A stretch of 64,000 nt of DNA, from contig OZ024744.1 of NCBI GenBank assembly GCA_964016885.1, forward strand, positions 72,540,001 through 72,604,000, read 5' to 3'. This document shows, one piece after another, positions 13,895-25,990 of this stretch (position 1 is the stretch's first letter; the number at the start of each line of letters is the position of its first letter). Below the pieces are notes generated by a model that ran no database searches, was not told the origin of the DNA, and saw only the letters and a list, made by a program, of their open reading frames with translations. The stretch is from Eledone cirrhosa. Taxonomy: Eukaryota. The position numbers were made by a program, and so were the translations under genes.

Positions 13895-14906
13895 GCACAC
13901 ACACGCATGCAACTTAAATTAAAAGATTTACGTTTATAATAAAACAGTTGCTACCTTTATCGCAAAAAACAACAACGAAAATACAATGTATAAATAAATA
14001 TTTATTATTTTGCCAATATAAAAAATCCCAGAAATTCAAAGCTTTTCCGACATTATCAATATTGTTTTATTTGTAACACATTATTGTTGTTGTTGCTGAC
14101 GTTGTGGTTGTAATTGTTGTTGTTGTTGTTGTTGTTGTTGAATCTCGGGTAGGCTCTGCTCCAGCGGACCTATATCCAAAGGCGTTCCACTCATCTTATT
14201 TTCATACTTAGTGTATGCGGCACTACATTATCTAATGTGTCCTTCATTGCTTTTAAAGATGGCAAGGTATTTTTTAATGAAGTTTTGACTAGGGCCTGCT
14301 TCTTTGGCTCTTAATAAAATCTTTGGTTATTCAGGTAGGTAAGAAAATCAATACTAAATATTAATATAATCAAAGCAGGAAAAATATATTAATTTCTTAT
14401 CAATAACACTACAGCTGCTTTGAACAGCACATAAATGTGTTTACAGCTCTGGTATAATTTTTTGATCTAATGTATATGAAAGTAATCCATCAAGTCCGGC
14501 AAAAGTAAATGCAGCAACACTTGTTACGTAACATCGACTTCGAGTCGTTTGTGTGTCTCTCTTTTGGTCTGTTCTACACCATCTTGATAAGGTTCAATTT
14601 TTTTCTTTTTGTAACTAAGAACTATGAGCATCATATTAAGCAGTTTACATTATATTTTTCTAAATCTTTAATTTTTGATCTAATGTAAATGAAAGTAGTC
14701 CATCTATTCCGTCAAATGTAAATACAGCAACACTGGTTACGTAATACTGACTTTGAGTTGTTTTTTTTTCTCCTTTGCCTTGCAATTGCAATGTTATTAT
14801 TCGTAGCAACAATTACTGCATCAAATGTTCTTCAACAACACGATTCAGCTATACACTGATTTATTCTGGTTATTATTTAAAAAAAATAGCCAATAGAAGA
14901 ATGCTG

Positions 14907-15297
14907 TTGGCAGTATCGGTAGAGGGTCGGACACCAAGCTTTGATGCATAGAGTTACGGCCCTTGCCGTTCTGAGTTCAAATCCCGCCGAGGTTAACTTA
15001 GCCTTTCATCCTTACGGAGTCGATAAAGTACCAGTAATGCACTGGGTAATTGCTGGCCTTATGCCAAAAGTAGAAACAATTATTTATTAGTGTATATTGG
15101 CTCCATTATTCATCAATTTGGCAGTATCGGTAGAGGGTCGGACGCCATGCTTTGACGCATAGAGTTACGTCCCTTGCCATTCTGAGTTCAAATCCCGCCA
15201 AGGTTAACTTTGCCTTTCATCCTTACGGGGTTGATAAAATAAAGTACCAGTAATACATTGGGTATTTGCTGGCCTTGTGTCAAAAGTAGAAACAATA
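14907..15297 (+). mobile_element. tRNA-derived SINE family 1, two tandem copies (14907-15082, 15118-15297)
   Basis: A box TGGCAGTATCGG, B box GAGTTCAAATCC, core CCGAGGTTAACTTTGCCTTTCATCCTTACGGGGTCGATAAAATAAAGTACCAG (Nin/Deu-domain-like), and tail GTAGAAACAATTATT. Confidence 0.85.
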
Positions 15298-15344
15298 TTC
15301 ATCAATATGCATTTCGTTGTAGATGATTAAGAATATAATTTTTG

Positions 15345-15660
15345 CTTTTATATTGTTATACTTTGGGAGGGTCATGTTGCCAATAAAAACACACGCACCT
15401 GTTGGTTTTCACTTCAATTTATTATAAGTTTCCGGTTGGCTGGTTGGTTGCTTCGATAACCGGAACGTTTATATATTGTCAAAACTCTTTCGTCACACAT
15501 TCTGTGACCTCCTCAGTGACTAGGTTTTTTATTTTAGTGTGTCTCTCCTTTGTTCTGTTCTACATCATCTTCATAGGGGTCAATATTTTTCTATTTGTAA
15601 CTAAGATCTGTGAGCATCATATTAAACAGTTCACATTTATATTTTTCTATATCTTTAATT
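15345..15660 (-). mobile_element. Penelope-like pLTR, family A (older copy)
   Basis: 15345-15525 is a diverged reverse complement of 48750-48960, including the hammerhead. 15538-15660 also matches 14550-14675. Confidence 0.65.
15477..15521 (-). ncRNA. Minimal type I hammerhead ribozyme (family A)
   Basis: AGTCA-CTGAGGA-G-GTCACA(GAATG)TGTGAC-GAAA-GAGT-TT-TGACA. Confidence 0.65.
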
Positions 15661-15669
15661 TATAGAGTC

Positions 15670-15853
15670 AAATAATTGTTTCTACTTTTGGCACGAGGCC
15701 AGCAATTATCCCAGTGCATTACTGGTACTTTATTTTATCGACCCCGTAAGGATGAAAGGCAAAGTTAACCTCGGCAGGATTTGAACTCAGATCGTAAAGG
15801 GAGGTAACTCTATGCTTCAAAGCATGGCGCCCGACCCTCTACCGATACTGCCA
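15670..15853 (-). mobile_element. tRNA-derived SINE family 1
   Basis: Matches consensus. Confidence 0.85.
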
Positions 15854-15884
15854 AAAATAATGATCGAAAGAATTCTCTTGCGAA

Positions 15885-16115
15885 TACCAGCGGCCGAAAT
15901 GGGGTCCCTCCTAAGGGTCTTTGGAGTAACGTTACTCGATAGAGTACGTAACTCGGAGATCAGAGAGTCACTCTAGGTAATGGCGCTAATTCTCCGAATT
16001 AAAGAGATCACAGCTCCGATATTATAGACATGTAGTTAGAATGTCTCTGGAAAGAATCGCTGGACAGATTTTACGAACAAAACTAACCAGTTAGACACAC
16101 AGGGTTAGAACCCTC
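15885..16115 (+). mobile_element. Degenerate RTE (Expander/Rex3-like) C-terminal fragment
   Basis: Translates as AAEMGSLLRVFGVTLLDRVRNSEIRESL...HVVRMSLERIAGQIL. Related to 34850-35088. Confidence 0.55.
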
Positions 16116-16378
16116 GTCGTTGACTTCACCTTTTAGCGAAGTATCAAAGGGATATTCGTAAGGGTGTTTGACTATTCCACCGTCTCAGTGTTGCGATTAC
16201 CCTCGATAATGCCATGAATGTTTTGAACTGTCTTAACACTTTTGCTAGTAAACCACATGAAACCAGCTGTGGTACTACAATATAAAACGTTTTTGTTTAG
16301 AAATGTTTTTAATTTAACTAAAAAGCTCTCATCGTAATTTCATGTAAGAACCTTTGTTTTGTTCTAAATGGTAACTTA

Positions 16379-16998
16379 ATAATTGTTTCTACTTTTGGCA
16401 CAAGGCCAGCAATTACCCAGTACATTACTGGTACTTTATTTTATAAACCCCGTAAGGATGAAAGGCAAAGTTAACCTAGGCGGGATTTGAACTCAGAACG
16501 TAAAAGGCCATAACTCTGTGATATAAAGCCTGGTGTCTGACGCTCTACCGATGCTGCCAATTCACCGCCCTTGGTAACTTAATAATGAGAATGCTACTAT
16601 TTTACTTATATTGGATTGGCAGTATCGGTAGAGGGTCGGACGCCATGCTTTGACGCATAGAGTTACGGCCCTTGCCATTCTGAGTTCAAATCTCGCCGAG
16701 GTTAACTTTGCCTTTCATCCTTACGGGGTCTATAAAATAAAGTACCAGTAATACACTTGGTAATTGCTGGCCTTGTGCCTAACGTAGAAACAATTATTAA
16801 GTGGAGGGCGGTGAATTGGCAGTATCGGTAGAGCGTCGGATACTATGCTTCGGCCCTTTACGTTCTGAATTCAAATCCCGCCAGGGCTAGCTTTGCCTTT
16901 CATCCTTCGATAAATAACGCAAGTAATGCACTGGGGTCGATTTAATCGACTCCCCCCCCCCCAATCGCTGTCTTTGTGTCTAAAGTAGAAACAATTAT
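16379..16998. mobile_element. Cluster of three SINE family 1 copies (16379-16570 -, 16615-16798 +, 16800-16998 +)
   Basis: Each matches consensus; the first two are inverted with a ~45-bp spacer. Confidence 0.85.
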
Positions 16999-16999
16999 C

Positions 17000-17292
17000 A
17001 TGTGGAGAGGCATCGTTAGAGCGTCGGGCTTACAATTGTGAGGATGTGACTTCCACTCTCGGACCGGGCTTTGCGTCTGTGTACACTTTATTTCACTCAG
17101 CTGTTGCGATGTCACTGGTGCCAAGCTGTATCAGCCTTTGCCTTTCCCTTGGACAACTTTGGTGGCACGGAGATGGGAGACTGGTATATATGGGTGACTG
17201 CTGGTCTTCCACTAAAAACCTTGTCCGGACTTGTGCCTCAGAGGGGAAATCCCATGGACATTCGTGACTGAAGGGTGTCCTTGCCCTTTACT
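17000..17292 (+). mobile_element. tRNA-derived SINE family 2 (Meta-domain-like)
   Basis: Homologous to 22848-23140; core CACTTTATTTCAC..CAGCTG. Confidence 0.7.
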
Positions 17293-17451
17293 TATATGAT
17301 TAAACTCCTCAAAATTCTTGATTATTTTCAAAATAATTTGAAAATTCAAGGCAGAGAGTTATACTACCATTCTCTATAGTAGTGTGTAATCGAGGGCGTG
17401 AGCATGCTTTCTTGACTACTTTTTGTTGTTGTTATCCATTTACTCTTGTTA

Positions 17452-17549
17452 ATAATTATTTCTACTTTTGGCACAAGGCCAGCAATTATCCCAATATATT
17501 ACTGGTACTTTATTTTATCGACCCCGTAAGGATGAAAAGTAAAGTTGAA
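17452..17549 (-). mobile_element. SINE family 1, 3' half
   Basis: Matches the consensus tail and core. Confidence 0.75.
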
Positions 17550-17646
17550 CCTCTTGTTAATAATATTTACCAGGAATTTTTCTTTAAGACGATTTATATA
17601 TAAAAATTAGTGTATGGAATTTAAAGGGATGCAGCACTTTTTTCTT

Positions 17647-17736
<90 letters not shown>

Positions 17737-17749
17737 CATATATATAGTC

Positions 17750-18372
17750 TATTTACAGATCACATCTCCCAATAACACCGTTATACTCGCGCTTTTATAC
17801 GCAAGAGAGACGTCGACTACCGCGAAGTGGAAGGACAGCGGTTAGCTACGACACGATGGAAAGATAATTCAATAACGGAGCGGATATGTCGCAAAGTTCA
17901 GAGACAACAGCTAGACCCATGCACTTGTCGAGTAATATCCGATAGGAAGATTTCGAAGCTGATGGGATGAGACCATAGTCGGACTATTCGGATCTAAAAG
18001 GCGGATAGAGCATAACCAAGGGAGGGATGGGAGTACATTTTGACAAGTGCAAGGTGTACATATATCGAGCAATAGCAATAGTTGGATTGAATTCCGTACA
18101 GGATGGACCACGTGAAGTTTGCCATTTCTGACAAGACTGTCGGATCCGCACAACACATGCCAGGACAGCCCATGATCTCCATTGATGGAAAATGAAAGAC
18201 AGCCCAGCATGTGACAGTGGGGACCCTGAGCAGACAGTACTGCATGTTGTTCGTAATTGACCCCTCAGACGTTTTCCGGCGGCCTAGAGGCAATCCATAA
18301 TGTTGCAAATGACGCCTTGGTCTGGCTCACTGGTCTCGACCTGCCTCTCTAGCTACTGGGCATATGTCATAC

Positions 18373-18376
<4 letters not shown>
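17750..18376 (+). mobile_element. Degenerate 3' end of an I-group (Ingi/Vingi-like) LINE, followed by (GA)n
   Basis: Remnant HDLH*WKMKDSPACDSGDPEQTVLHVVRN*PLRRF..GLEAIH resembles the CxC-x7-H-x4-C C-terminus. Confidence 0.5.
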
Positions 18377-18454
<78 letters not shown>

Positions 18455-18852
18455 TAACCAGTGATGTATAAGGACATCTGATAGTCTGGTCAATCCGTTA
18501 TGACCAGTAATGTATAGTCAGGTCGATTTAATTCAAAGATAAAAGAGTGGAGGAATTCAGCCAGTTCATCAGCCCGGGACCCGGAGAGCCTGTAAATGTC
18601 TAACGCACCCCTTCAAAAAAAAAAAAAAAAGACTTATCCTACCAATTGAATGTGGAGAAGCCTTCCTCATCTACCAGTGAGGTCCGAAAGCAGATTTGTT
18701 CTACCCTGCAAAATTTCTCTTGGAGCCCCTGCTTATATGTTATAGTAGATTTGATTAAAAAAAAACAAGTCAAAGTATCTTTTTTTGTTCATTTGCAACA
18801 TCGCTCTTCTGAAATTTGTAAAGATCACTCTTCGCCGGATAGTATGCAATTA

Positions 18853-19046
18853 CAGACCTGCCAACCTCTAAAAACCCAAACAGAGAGTCCTATGAAAAAA
18901 GTGCCCCCAAACGGGGAGAAATGAAGCAAAATGGTGAGATTTTGCATAATGAAAGCTATACCTATTTTAACAAGAGAAGATATTTTTCACCCACTCCAAA
19001 GTGGGTGGGAGATCTCCCCGTCGGACGGGAAGAGCTGACAAGTCTG
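18853..19046. mobile_element. MITE (hAT-like TIRs), copy 1
   Basis: TIRs CAGACCTGCCAACCTC and GAGCTGACAAGTCTG; second copy at 19211-19590. Confidence 0.65.
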
Positions 19047-19058
19047 TATCTCATTCTT

Positions 19059-19094
19059 TCTTCTGATGAAGGACTAGCGCCCGAAACGTTAAGA
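19059..19094 (+). ncRNA. Minimal type I hammerhead ribozyme (Penelope-type, family C)
   Basis: TCTT-CTGATGA-AGG(ACTAGCG)CCC-GAAA-CG-TT-AAGA; stem I TCTT/AAGA. Confidence 0.6.
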
Positions 19095-19179
19095 CCCTCT
19101 TCCTGCTATTTCAAGCGTTAAACTAATATATTCATTCCATATACTCTACTGATTGTGTTGCTATTTCTGTTTACCTTTT

Positions 19180-19210
<31 letters not shown>

Positions 19211-19590
19211 CAAACCTGCCAAAGTCTAAAAACCCAAACAGCGAGTACCATAAATAAAAATGCCCCAAAACGGGGAGAAATAAGGCAAAATGGGTAGATT
19301 ATATATAATTGTTTCTACTTTTGGCACAAGGCCAGCAATTACCCCAGTGTATTACTGGTACTTTATTTTATCGACCCCGTAAGGATGAAAGGCAAAGTTA
19401 ACCTCGGCGGGATTTGAACTCAGACCGTAAAGGGACGTAACTGTACTGCAAAGCATGGCGCACGACCCTCTACCGATACTGCCAATCCTATAATGAAAGC
19501 TATACCCATTTCAACAAGAAAAGACATCTCACACCCACTCCAAAGTGGATGTGAGCTCTCCCTGTCGGACGGGGAGAGTTGACAGGTTTG
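19211..19590. mobile_element. MITE copy 2 with a nested SINE family 1 (-, ~19304-19487)
   Basis: Same body as 18853-19046; the SINE is flanked by a TATAAT duplication. Confidence 0.75.
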
Positions 19591-19671
19591 CAATTATTCC
19601 CATCCTTCTATGCTAGCAAGAAGATCAAATTCAATAGGAGTCACCATTATTCTCGTGGCAACAAATAAATA

Positions 19672-19844
19672 CAGAGGAAATTCCGTTATAACGAATTTTT
19701 CAGTATAACGAAATTTATTATCCCCGAGGTTATAACAAACAAACGCTTGATTTGTTTCGGATTTGATCTCGTTATAAAGAGTTTTTCGTTACAACGAATT
19801 TGTTTTTATATCCCGTGAATTTCGTTATAATGACTTTCCCTTTG
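19672..19844. mobile_element. pogo/Tigger-like MITE
   Basis: Imperfect TIRs CAGAGGAAATTCCGTTATAACGAA and TTCGTTATAATGACTTTCCCTTTG, with internal GTTATAAC repeats. Confidence 0.55.
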
Positions 19845-19859
19845 AAATTTCAAATTAGG

Positions 19860-20062
19860 TCTTGCCTGACAGAATCAGTAGAACATAGGATAAATTGCCT
19901 TGCGGTAGTTGTTCCAGTTCCTTCCGTTCTGAGTTCGAATCCCGCCAAGGTCAACTTAACCTTTCATCCTTCCGGTGTTAATAAAATAAAGAACCAATTA
20001 AGTACTGGGGTTGCTTTAATCTACTTTCCTTTCCTCCTAAATTGCTGGCCTTGTACCTAATT
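19860..20062 (+). mobile_element. SINE family 1, diverged copy
   Basis: B box GAGTTCGAATCC and core CCTTTCATCCTTCCGG. Confidence 0.7.
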
Positions 20063-20304
20063 AAAAACATTAATTAAATTAATAAATAATAAATAAGTGC
20101 AAAAGTGAAATTTGGATTTCAATTATTCTGTAAAGGTAAATTTTCCTTTAATTTGTTACTAAAAATCAGAATTAATTTTATTTGATTAAATCAAATACAA
20201 CATTGTGTAATGTAGTCAAGAAATAATTGAAGAAAAATAAAGTTTTCGAAGTGCAAAACCGGTGAAACCAAAATATACTGGATTTATAAGTGTTCAGTAG
20301 TATT

Positions 20305-20341
20305 GAGTACGCATGCGTCATAGTAAAACGGAAACATGGCT
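20305..20341 (+). promoter_or_regulatory. Putative TSS-proximal elements: NRF-1-like palindrome, ETS-like and YY1-like motifs
   Basis: ACGCATGCGT (20309-20318), CGGAAA, and AAACATGGC overlapping the ATG. Confidence 0.4.
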
Positions 20342-20581
20342 TCCCGACTTTTTCGAAGGAGTATTCAGTCTATATTGAAAAACAATGTTTACTTACACCA
20401 TTCTGGACAAAATTGGAATCATTTCAATACAGCAAGGACAGCAACAGCTGCTTTAGTTGTACCTACGTTGGGTTTGTTGGCTTGGAACGAATGGCGCAAA
20501 AGGTCTGAGACAAGTGGTAGTGCGCTATGTGTTGCTCAATGTACATCGAAAGCTAGAGGTGATAGTACGACTATTTCTCAG
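20336..20581 (+). CDS. First coding exon of a nuclear gene for a probable mitochondrial protein (presequence + hydrophobic segment); gene not identified
   Basis: Kozak-like AACATGG. MASRLFRRSIQSILKNN... is Arg/Ser-rich with no acidic residue in the first ~50 aa, followed by AALVVPTLGLLAW. Ends in a consensus donor CAG|GTAAGT (phase 0) after 82 codons, and matches none of the repeats seen here. Confidence 0.75.
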
Positions 20582-21315
20582 GTAAGTGTTTTTACTTAGT
20601 TTGTCTTTAATTAATGAGTGTTGTTGTAATAATCTTAAGTATTTATTCCAGAATGTGTATTATATTTATTATATAGAAGAAGAAGAAGAAGCACAGAAAA
20701 AAAAATCAATGAAAATAGAAGAAATCATAATAGATAATAAAATTACCGGATTGTGTCCTGTTTTTGTTTTGATTCGTTTCGTTTCTATCAGTTGATATGT
20801 GTTTATCATTTATTAACTGTCATCGTTTGTTTTGTACAAATGGAGTGGGATTGGTTGAAAATGTAAATTTTGATAAAACAAAAAATAATTTATTGAATAT
20901 AAACAAATACATTATTGAATATTTTAAGATAAAAACATTTGCTCCTATACAGCGCCTGCATTAGTTCTCTTTTTTTGTGTTCGTATACAAATTAGTAAAC
21001 TTTATATAAGGGCTAGGAATTTCGTGCTTAACGTACGCGGATAAACCATACATGCATATATATATAAATACACAACGTCTATTTATTTCTGCATACTCTA
21101 CCATCATTTATCTACTGTATTACACTTTATATTCCGTACTACGTATGATAGCGATTGTAGTAGTCTCTATTTTGTTTATCTATCTACGTTACCATATAAG
21201 AATGAACAAGCTCTTCCATTTAAAGCAGAAATTCAACATTATAAAATAGTTGACACGATTTGAAACTAAATTTTATACTTGACGAAGTACCATTATATAT
21301 ATATACATTATATAT

Positions 21316-21457
21316 ATGCTTTGACGCATAGAGTTACGGTCCTTGCCATTCTGAGTTCAAATCACGCCGAGGTTAACTTTGCCTTTCATCCTTACGGGTT
21401 CGATAAAATAATACACTGCGTAATTGCTGGCCTTGTGCCAAAAGTAGAAACAATTAT
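21316..21457 (+). mobile_element. SINE family 1, 5'-truncated
   Basis: Matches consensus. Confidence 0.8.
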
Positions 21458-21557
21458 ATATATATATACATACACACATCGAGAGAGAGTGACATAATAT
21501 TGCAACTTGATATTAGATACAAACAACATACAGCTACTACTCGACTACTAATATTAC

Positions 21558-21595
<38 letters not shown>

Positions 21596-22847
21596 TTATA
21601 TGTGTATGCATATGTGTATGCTTATGTGTGTATGCATGTATATGCTGATTTCTACTACAATCCTAACTTTTTACCTCGTTTTCTCGCCTAAATTAAGGCT
21701 TTCTTGGCGGAGGTTAATAATAGCTACAATTTGTTTTTATCTAATATAACATTGTTTACAATATTTCGCTGTCTGTCTCCTTCATACATCCTAACAAACG
21801 TCAGCTACAAAACCTTTTCGAATCGTTGATTTTGTTTTTAGTTGCATAAGCAGCCTAACTGATATAGTAAATATACGTTAATTGTTGCTATTATGATTGT
21901 AGTAATAGTAGTAGTAGATCTAAGATAGTGTTTATTTATATATATATATATACAGACAGACATATATCATGTGTAATAGCAGTAAACAGCTACAACAACT
22001 TACTCCCAGCTGTTTTATTTACGCGATATTTTTTGTTATTAATTTGTTGCTCACAAAATTTGAATGTGGCTAGCTTCCGGTGAATTTCTTTTCTCAATTG
22101 TTTAAACATTTTTGTGTCATTTAGGTGTAATGTTTTATTTTTATTTTCACTTTTTGTTGATAAAATTAAAGTTTTTGTATGTTTATTAATAATTTAAATT
22201 GGTTCGTTTCGTTTTGTTGTAGCCAGTAATTACCTACATTGTGTAGCCCCAGGTCAATATTAATCGAGCTTATCTTAAGACCAAAGACATTTTAACCCTC
22301 ATCTTACTATCCTTTTTTTCTTTTCTGGTTGTAAGCTGGAGGTCGGGGCTTACATTATCGAATGTGTCATTTTAAAAAATACAGTACTGTTTAATTTCCA
22401 TCCGGTGGTCTACTTGCATTTCGGACCGACCTTGGACGTTCCAGCAACGGGACACATTTTCTTCAAAAAGATCTTCCTAGCCCCTTGTTTAGCTCTATAT
22501 CTGGATGTTATGAGAGGTGATACCCGACCTCCCTTCTCTAAAGGGCAGCATAACTGGTTCAGAGAGAGAGAGAAGAATCGATTTCAGTACTTGCCTCAGT
22601 GAGATTTGAGCTCTGTGTGCAAAGAACCAGAACAAATTCTACATGGCATACTACCTAATGCTGTAACTAGTCAGCCACCAATTAATTCAACGTTTTTGTT
22701 TAATATAGCTATTAGATAAACCGGTTTGTGTTGAAATTATTGGGTCAAATATATTTTCATGGTGTATTAAAACAAACAAAGAGAGTAACCGAATTTTGGA
22801 AATGCATTTATGAAATAGTGTCATACTATATATATATATATAAATAC

Positions 22848-23140
22848 TAGAATGTCGGGCTTACAATCGTGAGGTTGTGAGTTCGATTCTCGGACCGGGC
22901 TTTGCGTTGTGTTCTGTATTTCACGTTGCTCTAATTCATTCAGCTGTAGAAATGAGTTGCGACGTCATTAGTGCCATTGCTTTTCCCTTGGGCAACATCA
23001 GTGACGTAGAGAGGGGAGACTGGTATGCATGAGTGACAGCTGGTCTTCCACAAACAACATTGCTCGGACTTGTGCCTTGGAGGGGAACTTTTTAGGTGCA
23101 AATCCCATGGTCATTTGTGACCGAAGTGGGTCTTCACCTA
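22848..23140 (+). mobile_element. SINE family 2
   Basis: B box GAGTTCGATTC; homologous to 17000-17292. Confidence 0.7.
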
Positions 23141-23377
23141 TATATGTATAAATACATATTTATATACTACAGTTAGAGGTGGTGTGTCGTTTGAAGCACT
23201 CGATGCTGTTGGAATGTGTCTTTGCACATATAAACTTTTATATCTGAGAGGATGTTGAGGAAGTGTCTAGTTCTGGTCATTATGATTGTACCGTAATTTG
23301 ATTTATATTGAAATGATTGTAATATGGCAGTAAAGTTTATATATATGGTGCTATAGTGACTTTGATCCTTCTTATTT

Positions 23378-25360
23378 CATCATCATCAACGTTTAACGTC
23401 CCTGTTCCACGCTTGCATGGGTTTGGACGGGGGTTTTCCCACTTGAGGCAAGAGTGATTGTCTTGCTCGCATAGGACTGTCTGGCAGGTTTTCTACAGCT
23501 GGATGCCCTTCCTAACACCAACCACACTTACAGTGTGGCGCTGGGAGGTTTTTACCGTGTTGCCTACACGGCCACATTACAGCGTGGACTGTCTGGCGGG
23601 TTTTCTACAGCTGGATGCCCTTCCTAACACCAACCACATTTACAGTGTGGGGCTGGGAGGTTTTTACCGTGTTGCCTACACGGCCACATTACAGCGTGGA
23701 CTGTCTGGCGGGTTTTCTACAGCTGGATGCCCTTCCTAACACCAACCACATTTACAGTGTGGGGCTGGGAGGTTTTTACCGTGTTGCCTACACGGCCACA
23801 TTACAGCGTGGACTGTCTGGCGGGTTTTCTACAGCTGGATGCCCTTCCTAACACCAACCACATTTACAGTGTGGGGCTGGGAGGTTTTTACCGTGTTGCC
23901 TACACGGCCACATTACAGCGTGGACTGTCTGGCGGGTTTTCTACAGCTGGATGCCCTTCCTAACACCAACCACATTTACAGTGTGGGACTGTGAGGTTTT
24001 TACCGTGTTGCCTACACGGCCACATTACAGCGTGGACTGTGTGTTTTTTTGTCGTGACACCTACACGATCTCATTTGTTTCGGCCTGGATGTTGTGGCAC
24101 CAACATAACTTTACATTGAAAGGGGCGGTGTGGATGGGGTGGGGGTGGTGGGACGGGGGTGTATTTTGTTAGAGATGCCTACTGACTGTAGTAGGTTTTA
24201 CTTTGTATTTAGGTAAGGTGGGTCTTCTCTATTACTGAGTACCGCCAAAGGTCTCGGTCCAGTGACATTGTCTTGGAGAGGTGTGTGTGAGGTCGGAATT
24301 TATCAGCTCGTCCCAGGTTTTTCTGGGTCTGCCTATTCCGTGGCTACCGTCTATCTTTATTGCCCTGCACCTTGTTATACAGCTATCGTCTTTCATGCGC
24401 ATCACGTGACCAAACCAACGTAGTCTTCTCTCGAGTAAACATCTGATCCCTCTTATTTCTAATTTTTTCCTTAGTTCGTTTCTGCTTTGCCGTTCACGTA
24501 TATTACTATTACACATCCAGCGGAGCATGCAAGTTTCGTTCCTCTCTAGTCTGCGTATATCCTCTGCACACAATGCCCAGGTCTCACTGCCATGCAACAT
24601 TGCTGTTCGTATGCAGGCATCATACAACCTGCCTTTCATTTTAAGGGAGAACCCTTTAGCGGCTAATAGTGGTATAAGCTCTCTGAACTTTTTCCATCCA
24701 GTTCTGACTCTAGCTACTGTACTTTCAGAGCACCCTCCCCCACTGCTGATTTTGTCACCCAGGTAACGGAAGCTGTCCACTATTTCTATAGAACCCTCTG
24801 CGCAGTTGAAAGAGCTAGTATTTTGTGGGCACTTGCTGCTACTTATTGCACCAGAGCACCGGCCACATGTAAAATCTATGTTCTTAGTTAGCTTACCTGT
24901 GATCCCACTACATCTTTTATGCACCCATACTTTGCATTTGGGACACAAAATGGAGTTTCTACCTACGCCTTTCCTACACACTGAGCATGGCCACTTCCCG
25001 GAAGGGACCGCCGCCTTATTTTCTTTCCTACAAACTAGAACTTTGGTCTTAGCCAGGTTAATTTTAAGGCCTTTTGATTCTAGGCCGTGCTTCCATGTTT
25101 GGAATTTCTTCTCTAGCTTGGCCATTGATTCAGCTATGAGTGTTAGGTCATCTGTGTATAGGAGTTCCCATGGGCAGCCGGTCTTGAACTCCTCTGTTAT
25201 AGCCTGAAGGGCAATAATAAATAGTAGGGGGCTGAGAACAGAGCCCTGATGGACGCCAACTTTTACGCTAAACTCTTCACTATATTCGTTGTTAATTCTA
25301 ACCTTGCTGACTGTTTCTTTATACATGGCTTGTATAGCTCTCACAAGCCATTCGTCAACA

Positions 25361-25362
<2 letters not shown>
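23378..25362 (-). mobile_element. RTE LINE family A copy A1 (5'-truncated; RT C-half with PHD insert)
   Basis: ORF 24232..25365 has GVHQGSVLSPLLF, LYTDD and the PHD finger. The 3'UTR ends GGACGTTAAACGTTGATGATG. Confidence 0.92.
23475..24040. repeat. 112-bp tandem repeat x5 inside the 3'UTR of RTE A1
   Basis: Near-identical units starting at ~23475, 23587, 23699, 23811 and 23923; other family A copies carry a single unit. Confidence 0.95.
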
Positions 25363-25401
<39 letters not shown>

Positions 25402-25744
25402 AAGGCATGTGGTCTAGTGTTTAGGGTGTTGATTTGCGTAATGTGTGTTCCATTCCTGTCCTATCCTTTAGCACGACACTATATTTCACTCATTGCTCCA
25501 GTTCATTCAGCTGGAAAAAAAAAAAAATGAGTTGCAGAAGCAACTGGAATGAATCTTTACAATGGATTGATTTCCATTCCAAGGAGTAATCTTTTCATGA
25601 TGAGACTAGGGCTCTTGGAAATTGTCCTATGCGATGCAACCTCTATGAAGTGCAGATACACCTACATATGTGTAAGCTGTAACAATAATTATATATTTTC
25701 ATATGGGTTGTTTATATACAGAATGATGTGTATAAAGAAATCTT

Positions 25745-25990
25745 TCATCATCGTTTAACGTCCACCTTCCATGCTAGCATGGGTAGGACAGGCTGTCCCT
25801 TTGTGAGGAATCAGGTTTCTACAGCTGGATGCTCTTCCTAACACCAACCAGATTTACAGTGTGTGATGGGTGCTTTTTGCTTCCATGACAACTTTACATT
25901 GCGGACTGGGTGCTTTTTGTCGTGAAACCTATATGACTATTTTACATTGCGGACTGGGTGCTTTTTGTCGTGACACCTACATGACCACTA
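25745..25990 (-). mobile_element. SINE/non-autonomous fragment with RTE-type 3' tail
   Basis: GTTAGGAAGAGCATCCAGCTGTAGAAA...CCCATGCTAGCATGGAAGGTGGACGTTAAACGATGATG. Confidence 0.7.

Noticed and set aside
14907-14985. tRNA genes at SINE heads
   Set aside because: A and B boxes are present, but the spacing and lack of a cloverleaf indicate SINEs.
23458-24172. CRISPR-like array or repeated small ORFs
   Set aside because: Near-identical 112-bp tandem units with no unique spacers; eukaryotic LINE 3'UTR.
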